Assembly (NCBI GenBank): GCA_013336225.1
Contig: JAAXUC010000004.1
Location: forward strand, 32,421-96,420
Source: Candidatus Moraniibacteriota bacterium
GTDB lineage: Bacteria > Patescibacteriota > Minisyncoccia > Moranbacterales > GWC2-37-73
Direction of reading: 5' to 3'
Length of the DNA: 64,000 nt
Of this stretch, positions 16,333-25,678 are shown one piece after another (the first letter of the stretch is position 1; every line of letters begins with the position of its first letter). The position numbers and the translations under genes are program-made. The notes beneath the pieces are model-generated. The model worked only from the letters and a program-made list of their open reading frames with translations, made no database searches and was not told where the DNA came from.

Positions 16333-17706
16333 ATGAACATAATGAATATATTATTAGTTTCACTGGATCTTTCAGGCGCTGATTTGGCGCACCGCTTCAA
16401 AAAAGAAGGACATGACGTCCGTCTTTTTATTGAGGATAAAGATCAAAAAAATAATTACGACGGAATCGTTGCCAAAGTTTCTGATTGGAAAAATGAGCTT
16501 GCTTGGGTTGGAAAAAATGGACTCATCGTTTTTGACAGTTGTGGATATGGAAAAGAGCAAGATGATCTTCGAAGAGAAGGTTTTTCCGTGGTTGGTGGCT
16601 GCGAATTGGGTGATAAGCTTGAACATGACAGGCAATATGGTCAAAAAATATTTTCTGTTTGTGGAATACCTATCGTTGACTCTCAAAGCTTCACAAATAT
16701 GCAGGAAGCCATTGAATTTGTTCGTGGCAATAAAGGACCTTGGGTCATAAAACAAAATGGACATGCTGATAAGATGTTCAATTATGTGGGAAGCCTTGAG
16801 GACGGAAGAGATGTCATTGACGTGCTTAATAATTATTGTGAATATGAAAAAGATGAATGTGCAGTCATCGACCTTCAAAAGAAAATAGAAGGCATCGAAA
16901 TCGGCGTGGCTAGATATTTCAATGGAAATGATTGGGTTGGACCAATTGAGATAAATATTGAACATAAAGATTTGTTTGCTGGGGGCGTGGGTCCAAAAAC
17001 TTTCGAAATGGGGACTTTGATGTGGTTTGATGATGATGAAAACAATAAACTTTTTCTAATGACCCTGGCAAAGCTTAAGGATTATTTAAAAAAAATAAAT
17101 TTCATAGGAGATGTTGACATTAATTGTATTGTAAATGATCAAGAGGTATATCCGCTTGAAGTTACAACTCGTTTTGGATGGCCTTCAACTCACCTGCACT
17201 GCGAATTGATTGAATCTCCAATGAGTGATTTCCTGAAAGCGGTGGCTGATGGAAAACAATATGACTTGAAATATAAAAAAGAGTTTGGCATTGTGGTGCT
17301 TGTGGCAACCCCGCCATTTCCATATCAGCTGCAGTTGAAAAAATATTCAGCTCAAGACGAGAAGATTTATTTTGGTGCTGGGATTTTACAAGATGATTTT
17401 GATCACATTCATTTGGAGGAAATTTCAAAAAACAATGATGGAGAATATTATATTTCAGGCGATTCTGGTTTCATTTTGCATGTGACAAGCACTGGGGGCA
17501 CTGTTGAGAAAGCAAGAGCAAATGGAATTGAAATTATAGATAAAATAATAATACCAAAAAAATTCTATCGTAATGATATCGGTCTTAAATTTGAGCAGAC
17601 AGATGGTGATAAATTGAGGCAATGGGGGTGGATATCAAAAATGAATGCAAAAAAGCAAAATCGCATCATAACTTTTTTTAAATCTTTTCATGAGAAGCGA
17701 AAATAA
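16333..17706 (+). CDS. ATP-grasp enzyme of the phosphoribosylamine-glycine ligase (PurD) family, divergent
   Basis: Collinear with E. coli PurD: GPWVIKQNGHADKMF ~ APIVIKADGLAAGKG; DLFAGGVGPKTFEMG ~ GDKDTGPNTGGMG; YPLEVTTRFGWP ~ VIEFNCRFGDPE; C-terminal domain GFILHVTSTGGTVEKAR ~ RVLCVTALGHTVAEAQ. The conserved N->T and D->W substitutions suggest altered chemistry. Confidence 0.7.
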   Translation: MNIMNILLVSLDLSGADLAHRFKKEGHDVRLFIEDKDQKNNYDGIVAKVSDWKNELAWVGKNGLIVFDSCGYGKEQDDLRREGFSVVGGCELGDKLEHDRQYGQKIFSVCGIPIVDSQSFTNMQEAIEFVRGNKGPWVIKQNGHADKMFNYVGSLEDGRDVIDVLNNYCEYEKDECAVIDLQKKIEGIEIGVARYFNGNDWVGPIEINIEHKDLFAGGVGPKTFEMGTLMWFDDDENNKLFLMTLAKLKDYLKKINFIGDVDINCIVNDQEVYPLEVTTRFGWPSTHLHCELIESPMSDFLKAVADGKQYDLKYKKEFGIVVLVATPPFPYQLQLKKYSAQDEKIYFGAGILQDDFDHIHLEEISKNNDGEYYISGDSGFILHVTSTGGTVEKARANGIEIIDKIIIPKKFYRNDIGLKFEQTDGDKLRQWGWISKMNAKKQNRIITFFKSFHEKRK

Positions 17707-18244
17707 ACCTGAAGAAATTTTCGAATTGACCACGGTTGTTGAAAATTGTTTCAAGCAGGAATTTTTGGACGACATATTATTGCTTGAAAAAAAATGTTTT
17801 CCGTTGGAAATGCAATATGAGCGCAATGTTGCAATTGAATACTATAAAGGGGCACTGAAAAATAGTGACAATATTAATGTTTTCTTAAAAGAAGGCGCTG
17901 AAACAATCGGATATGTTTTGGCGGTTTTTCATGATAATGGATTCGATGAAATTCATGAATATGACAAGGAGTTTAAAAAACAAAAAGATTTTTTCTACAT
18001 TGAAACAATTCAAGTTTTGCCTGAAAAAGGTGGCAGAGGTGGTGCAAAAAAGTTGCTTATGGCTGCTTGCAAAGAAGCTCAAAAAAGAGGAATCAACAAA
18101 TTTTCAATACATGCTCGAAAAACCAATGGTCTCAGTGAAACAGTCAAAAAGCTTTTTGAAGGAAAAACAATCACAGTGCGAGAAATTGAAAGTTGGAATC
18201 CAGCAAATGGAGAGCCTTATGAATATATTGAGTGGAGATGCTAG
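17690..18244 (+). CDS. GNAT-family N-acetyltransferase
   Basis: GNAT motif A IQVLPEKGGRGGAKKLLMAACKEAQKRG (Q/RxxGxG/A); overlaps the upstream gene by 17 nt. Confidence 0.6.
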   Translation: MRSENKPEEIFELTTVVENCFKQEFLDDILLLEKKCFPLEMQYERNVAIEYYKGALKNSDNINVFLKEGAETIGYVLAVFHDNGFDEIHEYDKEFKKQKDFFYIETIQVLPEKGGRGGAKKLLMAACKEAQKRGINKFSIHARKTNGLSETVKKLFEGKTITVREIESWNPANGEPYEYIEWRC

Positions 18245-18449
18245 GGATTATCATTTGAAAATGCGTTTTTTACTGTGTGACAATGTTTCATCTTCTTGTT
18301 GATCTGCAAAAATTGTTATTTCTTGTGCATGAAAATGGAATTGTTTTCCTTTCTCAAAAGTTTGTTTTAGTGTATAATTTGATTAGTAAATGTTTTTTTA
18401 TTTGAACTTAATTGATGATGATAAATTTGAATTAATAGCAGCTAATATT

Positions 18450-19001
18450 ATGAAAAAGACAAAAGAAGGGAGAAGTGTTTTTTCATGGATGAATCCTTGT
18501 TTGGAGGTTAGATCAATATCTAAGTATGGCAATAATGGAAAAGGAATTTTTACATTAAAAGAAATAAAAAAAGGTGAGGAGTTGGCTGTCTTTGGTGGTT
18601 ATATTGTAGCAGTTAAAGATCTGATTGATTTACCAGAGAAATACAGAGATCTCGGATTTCAGATATCTGATAAATTTTCAATAACTAGTAAGAATATAAA
18701 TGAAGACTCTGATAATTTTAATCATAGTTGTGATCCTAATGCTGGGATATGTGGACAAATATTTTTAGTTTCAATGAGGGATATTAAAAAAGGAGAGGAA
18801 GTTGTTTTTGATTATGCTATGGTTTTAAGTAAAAGTACTGGTGCTGAAAAATATGAAATTAAATGTTTATGTGGATCAGTAAAATGTAGAGGTAAGATAA
18901 CTGAGAATGATTGGAAGATGCCAGAATTACAAAAAAAATACAATGGATACTTCCAACATTTCTTGCAGGAAAAAATTAATAAAATAAATACAAAAAAATG
19001 A
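18450..19001 (+). CDS. SET-domain protein (putative protein lysine methyltransferase) with post-SET Cys cluster
   Basis: SET signature FNHSCDPNA, EEVVFDY, and post-SET CLCGSVKCRG. Start taken at internal ATG 18450; stop overlaps the HK start (ATGA). Confidence 0.8.
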   Translation: MKKTKEGRSVFSWMNPCLEVRSISKYGNNGKGIFTLKEIKKGEELAVFGGYIVAVKDLIDLPEKYRDLGFQISDKFSITSKNINEDSDNFNHSCDPNAGICGQIFLVSMRDIKKGEEVVFDYAMVLSKSTGAEKYEIKCLCGSVKCRGKITENDWKMPELQKKYNGYFQHFLQEKINKINTKK

Positions 19002-20719
19002 TTTGTCCAAGCTTCGCAGATCCAAAGTTTTTGATCATTGCCACTGATGTTCCAGCTTTGCTTTATTATTCACACATTCCAGCAATCATAATATCATTGT
19101 TGATTGGTTTCTTTGTTTTTTTGAAGGACAGATCGTCTTTGGCTGGTAGACTTTTATTGTTTATTTCATTGAGTTTCTCCCTGTGGACTTTCTTTAGCTT
19201 GATAACATGGACAAATAATAATAGTGAGTTAATTATGCTTGTCTGGTCTTTTTTTGGCGCCCTATATGTATTGCTTTGTATATTATCCTTATACTTCGTG
19301 TATGTATTTATAGATAAGAGAGACGTTTCATTTAAGATAAAAATTATTCTGGGTCTCATATTTTTACCTGCAATTATTTTAGTTTCAACTGCTTTTAATA
19401 TTTTTAATTTCAACTTAACACTCTGTGGCGTTACAAATGAAGGTGTTTATTATACCAATTATTATTACGGAGTTGGCTTTCTGATGTTTCTATGGATTCT
19501 CTTCTTGTTGATTGCTCGTTATAGAAAGGCTGAGAAAGAAATGAAAAAACAAATCATTCTGCTTGGGTTTGGTATTGAATTTTTTCTACTTTCTTTTTTT
19601 GCCAGCGGATATATTGCAAGTCTCTTGACTGAGAATTCATATGATCTTGAATTCTATGGTCTTTTTGGGATGACTTTTTTTATGGCAGTGTTGGCTTTCT
19701 TGATTGTCAAATATAAAGCTTTTGAAATCAAGCTCATTGGCGCTCAAGCATTGGTGGTGTCTCTGATAATTTTGGTTGGCTCTCAATTTTTCTTTGCAAA
19801 AAATCAAACCAGCATCATTTTGACAGGCGTGACAATGGCACTTTCACTCGGATTTGGATACTATTTGATTCGCTCTGTTAAGCATGAAGTTGAGCGCAAA
19901 GAAGAATTGCAGCTTATGGCGGACAAGTTGGCGCAGGCCAATGATGCGCTGCGGAAATTGGACAATGCCAAGACGGAATTCATTTCGATTGCTTCTCATC
20001 AACTCAGAACTCCGATCACAGCCATCAAGGGTTTTGCTTCACTTTTGCTTGAGGGTGCATATGGAGAACTTTCTGAAGGTGTGCATGGAGCCTTGGAAAA
20101 AGTGTATTCTTCCAGTGAACGTTTGGTTTCCCTTATTGAAGATCTGCTCAATGTTTCGCGCATTGAATCTGGACGTATGGTTTTTGCTTTTGAAAAAGCA
20201 ACAGTTGAAAAATTGATCAAAGAGTTGTATGACAACTTCATTTTGATTGCCAAGACCAAGAAATTCTATCTTGATTTGAAGCTGCCGGAAACTCCACTGC
20301 CTGAAGTTATGATGGACTATTCCAAAATTCGCGAATTGGTTTCCAATTTCATTGACAATGCGCTCAAGTATACAGAAAAAGGTGGCGTGACTGTCAAAGC
20401 TGAGCTCAGGGATGAAGGTGTGGTGATTGATGAAAGTGGTTTTGTGATTGAGGGCAAGAAATCTGAATTTGGCAAAGTGGTGCGGGTCACAGTTTCCGAC
20501 ACCGGAATCGGAATTCCGCGCGAAGAAATTCCATATCTTTTCAAAAAGTTTTCACGCGGCAAAGATGTGTCGCGCCTTCATGTTGGTGGAACCGGCCTTG
20601 GGCTCTATGTGGGCAAGGCCATCGCTGAAAACCATCATGGCGCAGTCTGGATCGAATCCGAAGGTGCCGACAAGGGAAGTCGCTTCATCATTGAAATCCC
20701 AGTGGAACACGTCGGGTAG
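18998..20719 (+). CDS. sensor histidine kinase with N-terminal 7TM sensing domain
   Basis: ~280-aa polytopic N-terminus; H-box SIASHQLRTPITAIKGF; N/G1/G2 boxes (NALKYT, DTGIGIP, GGTGLGLYV). Confidence 0.85.
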   Translation: MICPSFADPKFLIIATDVPALLYYSHIPAIIISLLIGFFVFLKDRSSLAGRLLLFISLSFSLWTFFSLITWTNNNSELIMLVWSFFGALYVLLCILSLYFVYVFIDKRDVSFKIKIILGLIFLPAIILVSTAFNIFNFNLTLCGVTNEGVYYTNYYYGVGFLMFLWILFLLIARYRKAEKEMKKQIILLGFGIEFFLLSFFASGYIASLLTENSYDLEFYGLFGMTFFMAVLAFLIVKYKAFEIKLIGAQALVVSLIILVGSQFFFAKNQTSIILTGVTMALSLGFGYYLIRSVKHEVERKEELQLMADKLAQANDALRKLDNAKTEFISIASHQLRTPITAIKGFASLLLEGAYGELSEGVHGALEKVYSSSERLVSLIEDLLNVSRIESGRMVFAFEKATVEKLIKELYDNFILIAKTKKFYLDLKLPETPLPEVMMDYSKIRELVSNFIDNALKYTEKGGVTVKAELRDEGVVIDESGFVIEGKKSEFGKVVRVTVSDTGIGIPREEIPYLFKKFSRGKDVSRLHVGGTGLGLYVGKAIAENHHGAVWIESEGADKGSRFIIEIPVEHVG

Positions 20720-20743
20720 ACTTGCGAAATTAAGAATTAAAAC

Positions 20744-20768
20744 AAAAACAGCTTCTTTAGCTGTTTTT
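20744..20768 (+). terminator. rho-independent terminator (aaaacagcttc-ttta-gctgttttt)
   Basis: Follows the HK stop. Confidence 0.55.
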
Positions 20769-20770
20769 GT

Positions 20771-20799
20771 TTGCAAAAGGCTGAAAATTTGCTATTATA
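20771..20799 (+). promoter_or_regulatory. candidate promoter (TTGCAA -17- TATTAT) for proS
   Basis: Hexamers at 20771-20776 and 20794-20799. Confidence 0.45.
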
Positions 20800-20830
20800 T
20801 CTATATTAAATTGAATTTAGATTTTATAAT

Positions 20831-20855
20831 GCGTTAATTCGTTAATGCGTTAATG
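20831..20855. repeat. tandem NCGTTAAT octamers (gcgttaat tcgttaat gcgttaat) immediately upstream of proS
   Basis: Same motif family as 9844-9910 upstream of glyQS. Confidence 0.65.
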
Positions 20856-20868
20856 AATAATAAGAACA

Positions 20869-22110
20869 ATGAAACAATCACAACTATTCACCAAAACTAA
20901 AAAAGAAGCTCCATCAGATGAGGTGGCCAAGAACGCGCAACTTTTGATTCGCGCCGGTTTTATTCACAAAGAAATGGCTGGAGTGTATGCATATATGCCG
21001 CTTGGTCTGCGAGTGCTGGAAAACATTAAGCGTATTGTTCGCGAAGAAATGAATGCTGTCGGCGGTCAGGAATTGATGATGACAACCTTGCAACCCAAAG
21101 AAATTTGGGAGAAGACTGGTCGTTGGGATGATGCCAAGGTGGATAATTGGTTCAAGACTAAATTGGTTAATGGCACAGAACTTGGAGTGGGACTGACTCA
21201 TGAAGAACCAATTGTTGATGCTGTTAGCAACTATCTCAATTCATACAAGGGCATGCCATTTTCAGTGTATCAAATTCAGAATAAATTTAGAAATGAAAAA
21301 CGGGCCAAGAGCGGAATTTTGCGTGGACGCGAATTTTTGATGAAAGATATGTACACATTTTGCAAAGATCAAGAGCAGCATGAGCAGGAATATGAAAAGA
21401 TTGTGGCTGCATATCATCGTGTTTATGCGCGCCTAGGGTTGGGGGAAATCACATATCGCACCTATGCTGATGGAGGAATTTTCACGCCTCGTTTTAGCGA
21501 TGAATTCCAAACACTCACTGAGGTGGGAGAAGATACGATTTATGTTGATGAGAAAAAACGAATTGCAATCAATGAGGAAATTTTGACGGATGAGAACTTG
21601 AAAAAACTCGGCCTTGATCGCAATGATCTTGTGGCGAAAAAAGGCGTTGAAGTCGGAAACACTTTTCATTTGGAAAGCAAATATACTGACGCATTGGATT
21701 TGTTCTATATTGATGAAAAAGGTGAAAAGCAATCAATTTTGATGGGATGCTATGGAATTGGAGTTAGTCGCTTGATGGGAGTTGTTGCGGAACTTTTTTC
21801 TGATGACAAGGGCTTGGTGTGGCCGGAAAATGTTGCGCCGTTTGCTGTGCATCTTTTGAGTCTTGGACAAGATGAAGAAACTGAAAAAATTTGCATCGAA
21901 CTTGAAAAAAACGGAATTGAAGTTTTGTTTGATGATCGCGACGCACAGGCTGGTGCAAAATTTGCCGACTCAGATTTGATTGGAATTCCATGTCGAGTGG
22001 TTGTTAGTAAAAAATCTTTGGCTGCTGGGGGACTTGAAGTGAAAATGCGAAATGAAAGTGAAAGCAAGATTATGACAGTGGAGGAATTGTTGCAAATGCT
22101 AAAAAAGTAA
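20869..22110 (+). CDS. proS: prolyl-tRNA synthetase, short form lacking the INS editing domain
   Basis: N-terminus MKQSQLFTKTKKEAPSDEVAKNAQLLIRAGFIHK...GVYAYMPLG parallels bacterial ProRS; class II motifs and anticodon-binding C-terminus present. At 413 aa there is no room for the ~180-aa insertion domain. Confidence 0.85.
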   Translation: MKQSQLFTKTKKEAPSDEVAKNAQLLIRAGFIHKEMAGVYAYMPLGLRVLENIKRIVREEMNAVGGQELMMTTLQPKEIWEKTGRWDDAKVDNWFKTKLVNGTELGVGLTHEEPIVDAVSNYLNSYKGMPFSVYQIQNKFRNEKRAKSGILRGREFLMKDMYTFCKDQEQHEQEYEKIVAAYHRVYARLGLGEITYRTYADGGIFTPRFSDEFQTLTEVGEDTIYVDEKKRIAINEEILTDENLKKLGLDRNDLVAKKGVEVGNTFHLESKYTDALDLFYIDEKGEKQSILMGCYGIGVSRLMGVVAELFSDDKGLVWPENVAPFAVHLLSLGQDEETEKICIELEKNGIEVLFDDRDAQAGAKFADSDLIGIPCRVVVSKKSLAAGGLEVKMRNESESKIMTVEELLQMLKK

Positions 22111-22149
22111 TACGTATTGATTTGCGAAAATGTGCTAATATTTAATCAG

Positions 22150-22270
22150 TTATGGGTTAAATTCCCCTCGGCTTGCCGGGTGGAAAGTATCAAGAGAAAT
22201 TCCTCTTGATACCTCGTGCGCTTGCCACGAGGTAATTCATTGTTGTATTGATTGTACACATTTGCTTAAT
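22150..22270 (+). other. three consecutive stem-loops of unknown role (cggcttgccg; atcaagag-aaattc-ctcttgat; cctcgtg-cgcttgc-cacgagg)
   Basis: Direct reading; may be the 5' part (Stem I with AUC specifier) of the ileS T-box leader or a separate structured RNA. Confidence 0.3.
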
Positions 22271-22279
22271 TAAATAAAT

Positions 22280-22510
22280 AATGCTAGTATTATTTTAATA
22301 AAAAGATGAATTAAAAGCGTTTGAGGGAATATCAATCCCGAGCTGCAGGAAGAAATGTTTCAGTATATATGATACTTGTGACAAAATAGAACCTGTCGGA
22401 TAAGTCCGTTATAGCCGTTTGAGTCTGGTTGATATGAGAAATAACCAGAAAATTAAGGTGGCACCACGTTTCCAAGACGTCCTTATATCAAGGGATGTTT
22501 TTATTTTATT
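22280..22510 (+). promoter_or_regulatory. T-box riboswitch leader upstream of ileS
   Basis: T-box consensus AAATTAAGGTGGCACCACG at 22450-22468, followed by a terminator-like hairpin and T-run (22470-22508). An AUC Ile codon sits in a candidate specifier loop (gtATCaagaga). Confidence 0.6.
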
Positions 22511-22543
22511 TAAAATATTTTTAATTGTTTAATTTTAAATTTT

Positions 22544-25483
22544 ATGCAATTCAAGAAAGTAGATGCAAGAAAAAAATATTCAGAAATGGAGAAAGAAATA
22601 ATTCAATTTTGGAAAGATGATGGAACTTTCCAAAAATCCATTGAGCAAAAAAAAAATAATAAATATTTTAGTTTTTATGATGGTCCACCATTTATTACTG
22701 GTGTTCCACATTATGGAACATTGTTATCCTCTATCGTGAAGGATGCTGTTCCTAGATATTGGACAATGAAGGGATATCGTGTTGAGCGTCGATGGGGATG
22801 GGACTGTCATGGTCTTCCAGCTGAAAATATGGTGGAGAAGAAATTGGGAATCAAAAATAAACGTGAAATTGAGGAAAAAGTTGGTATTGCTACCTTTGTC
22901 GAGGAATGCATTAAGGAAACATCTCAAATTGCCTCTGAATGGGAAACTGTTATTGATAGAGTTGGTCGCTGGGTGGAGTTTAAAAATGCATACAAGACGA
23001 TGGATAAGAATTATATGGAATCCGTATGGTGGGCATTTTCGCAGCTTCACAAAAAAGGATTGATTTATGAAGATGTGAGAGTATCGCTATATTGTCCTAG
23101 ATGTTCAACGCCTTTATCAAATTTTGAAATTGCGATGGATAATAGCTATGAGATGGATAGTGATCCTTCAGTATATGTAAAAATGAAGATAAATGGTCAA
23201 GAAAATTCATATTTCTTGGTTTGGACAACAACTCCATGGACACTACTTGCTAATGTGGCCTTGGCTGTTGGCGGCGATATTGACTATGTTAAAGTTAGAT
23301 ATAATGATAAAAATGGCAATCCTGAATTTTTTATACTAGCTAAGAATGTATATGAGAAAAGAAGAGACGATTTTTTCCCTGGTGTTAAGAATCTTGGGCC
23401 AGATGAAGTTCCTCCAGTTGCATCAGAAATAGTTGAAGAATTTAAGGGCAATGATTTATTGATTAAGGAGTATGAATCAATATTCCCACATGAAATCGAA
23501 AACGGATATAAAGTAATTGCGGCAGATTTTGTTACAACTGATGATGGTTCGGGGATTGTGCATATCGCTCCAGCATTTGGAGAGGATGATTTTCAAGTTA
23601 GAAAGTCCAATGATTTACCAATAATCATGAATGTTAATGAAGAAGGTCAATTTACTGATGGACTATGGAGTGGACAGAAAGTTTGGGATGCTAATAATGA
23701 GATAGTTAAATGGCTCAAGGAAAACAATATACTTTTTAAGCGCGAACAGATTACACATAGTTACCCCCATTGTCATAGGTGTCATACAAAGCTTATTTAC
23801 AAAGCACAACCAGCTTGGTATGTGAATGTTTCAAAAATTCGTAAAGATTTGATTGCGGAAAACGAAAAAATAAATTGGTTTCCTGAATTTTTAAAACATG
23901 GTCGTTTTCAAAATGGTATTGAAGGTGCTCCAGATTGGAACATTTCTCGTGATCGTTATTTTGGAACAGCAATTCCAGTTTGGAAATGTGATGAATGTGA
24001 TGAAATGAAAGTTTTTGGGTCCTATGAAGAATTGAAAAATGCCTCTGGTATTGAGCTTGACGACTATCATCGTCCAAAGGTTGACGATGTTACTTTTGCT
24101 TGTGAAAAATGTCACGGTAAAATGAAGAGAATACCGCAAGTTTTTGATTCTTGGATTGAATCAGGCTCAATGCCGTTTGCTCAATTTCATTATCCATTTG
24201 AAAATAAAGAGGTTTTTGAAAAGAGTTTTCCTACGGACTTTATTTCAGAATATATTGCCCAAACAAGAGCTTGGTTTTATGTGCTGCACGTTCTTTCTGT
24301 GGGAATTTTTGGAAAAATAAGTTTCAAAAATGTTGTAACAACAGGAACAATTGCTGGAAATGATGGAAAAAAGATGTCAAAATCACTGGGGAATTATACG
24401 CTGCCCGATGTCGTTTTAGAGCAATACAGCGCTGATGCACTTCGACTTTATCTTTTGTCTTCACCGCTACTCAATGCTCAAAATATTAGTTTTTCAGAGA
24501 AATCCATACAAGATATTCAAAGAAAGGTATTGTCAACGCTTTGGAACAGCTATGCTTTCTTTACTCTCTATGCTGATGTTGATAAGTGGACGCCAAAAAA
24601 TAATGCTGGTTCTCCAGCCGATTCTGATAATCTTTTGGATCTTTGGATCGTGTCTGAGCTAAACAAGCTTATTAGAGAGGTTGATACTAATATGGAAGCA
24701 TACGAATTAGTAAAAGCAATCAGACCCTTTGAGAATTTTGTTGATAACTTATCAAACTGGTATATTCGTCGAAGTCGTAAACGTTTTTGGCGAAGTGAGA
24801 ATGATGATGATAAAGGCAATGCGTATCAAACCTTGCACTATGTGTTAGTTACTCTTTCAAAAATAATGGCGCCATTTGCACCATTTATATCTGAAGAGAT
24901 TTATAAGAATTTAACCGGATTGGAATCTGTTCACTTGGAAGATTTTCCTATTGCTGATGCAAAAAGAATAGATGAGGAACTGAACAACAATATGAGTGAT
25001 TTGCGTGAAATTATAACAATAGGTTTGCAAGATCGCGCAAAAAACAAAATTAAGGTTAGACAACCGTTGAGTGGAGTTTTTCTTGGTCAGAAATATAGTA
25101 AAGTCTTCAATGAAACTATAAACAAGCCAGAGTGGAGTATTATTTTAACAGAAGAGTTAAATGTGAAAGGTGCAACACTTGGAACCGAAACGGAAACTGT
25201 AGCAATTGATTCAAATATTACTGCAGAGCTTAAGCTTGAGGGTCAGGCAAGGGAAATCGTTCGTTATATCCAAGAAATGCGTAAGGAGGCTGGTTATGAA
25301 GTTGATAACCATATTATTGTGGGTTATTCCGGGGTAGAGGAAGTCTTTAATGAATTTGGAGATCTTATATCTAGGGAAATATTAGCGGATAAAATACAAT
25401 CTAATAATTTGCCCGAATATGACTTACAAAAAGAGTTCACATTTGATGAGAAAGTGTTTTCAATTACAATAAAAAAACTGTAA
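22544..25483 (+). CDS. ileS: isoleucyl-tRNA synthetase
   Basis: Class I HIGH-region variant PHYGT, KMSKS (KKMSKSLGN), CP1 editing domain and Zn-binding C-terminus; 979 aa. Confidence 0.95.
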   Translation: MQFKKVDARKKYSEMEKEIIQFWKDDGTFQKSIEQKKNNKYFSFYDGPPFITGVPHYGTLLSSIVKDAVPRYWTMKGYRVERRWGWDCHGLPAENMVEKKLGIKNKREIEEKVGIATFVEECIKETSQIASEWETVIDRVGRWVEFKNAYKTMDKNYMESVWWAFSQLHKKGLIYEDVRVSLYCPRCSTPLSNFEIAMDNSYEMDSDPSVYVKMKINGQENSYFLVWTTTPWTLLANVALAVGGDIDYVKVRYNDKNGNPEFFILAKNVYEKRRDDFFPGVKNLGPDEVPPVASEIVEEFKGNDLLIKEYESIFPHEIENGYKVIAADFVTTDDGSGIVHIAPAFGEDDFQVRKSNDLPIIMNVNEEGQFTDGLWSGQKVWDANNEIVKWLKENNILFKREQITHSYPHCHRCHTKLIYKAQPAWYVNVSKIRKDLIAENEKINWFPEFLKHGRFQNGIEGAPDWNISRDRYFGTAIPVWKCDECDEMKVFGSYEELKNASGIELDDYHRPKVDDVTFACEKCHGKMKRIPQVFDSWIESGSMPFAQFHYPFENKEVFEKSFPTDFISEYIAQTRAWFYVLHVLSVGIFGKISFKNVVTTGTIAGNDGKKMSKSLGNYTLPDVVLEQYSADALRLYLLSSPLLNAQNISFSEKSIQDIQRKVLSTLWNSYAFFTLYADVDKWTPKNNAGSPADSDNLLDLWIVSELNKLIREVDTNMEAYELVKAIRPFENFVDNLSNWYIRRSRKRFWRSENDDDKGNAYQTLHYVLVTLSKIMAPFAPFISEEIYKNLTGLESVHLEDFPIADAKRIDEELNNNMSDLREIITIGLQDRAKNKIKVRQPLSGVFLGQKYSKVFNETINKPEWSIILTEELNVKGATLGTETETVAIDSNITAELKLEGQAREIVRYIQEMRKEAGYEVDNHIIVGYSGVEEVFNEFGDLISREILADKIQSNNLPEYDLQKEFTFDEKVFSITIKKL

Positions 25484-25526
25484 ATGTGCATATAGGAGCA
25501 ATCTTTAATGATTATAACCTCGTCTT

Positions 25527-25558
25527 AAAAAGTAGCCACTAAGTGGCTACTTTTTTTT
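25527..25558 (+). terminator. rho-independent terminator (aaaaagtagccac-taa-gtggctacttttttttt)
   Basis: Perfect 11-bp stem plus T9 after ileS. Confidence 0.7.
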
Positions 25559-25608
25559 GCGCCTTTTGGGGCGTTGATGTATGTCATTATGGGATATATT
25601 ATCATTAC

Positions 25609-25672
25609 TTGACATTAATTAGCGATAGCAATAGAATAAGATCATATTAAAGGTTAACTTATAGGTTAACTA
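25609..25672 (+). promoter_or_regulatory. promoter (TTGACA -17- TAGAAT) followed by a tandem GGTTAACT palindromic pair (candidate operator) upstream of the HTH-XRE gene
   Basis: -35 at 25609-25614, -10 at 25632-25637; ggttaact at 25652-25659 and 25664-25671 (GTTAAC is self-complementary). Confidence 0.5.
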
Positions 25673-25678
25673 CTATGT

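Noticed and set aside
16372-16965. 197-aa minus-strand ORF opposite the PurD-like gene
   Set aside because: Shadow ORF; the plus-strand frame carries collinear PurD motifs.
22150-22270. Stem-loop block considered as SRP (4.5S) RNA or 6S RNA
   Set aside because: No SRP domain-IV consensus (GGAA / AGCA symmetric loops, GNRA tetraloop) and no 6S-like central bubble could be matched by eye. Kept only as an unassigned structured region or possible T-box Stem I.
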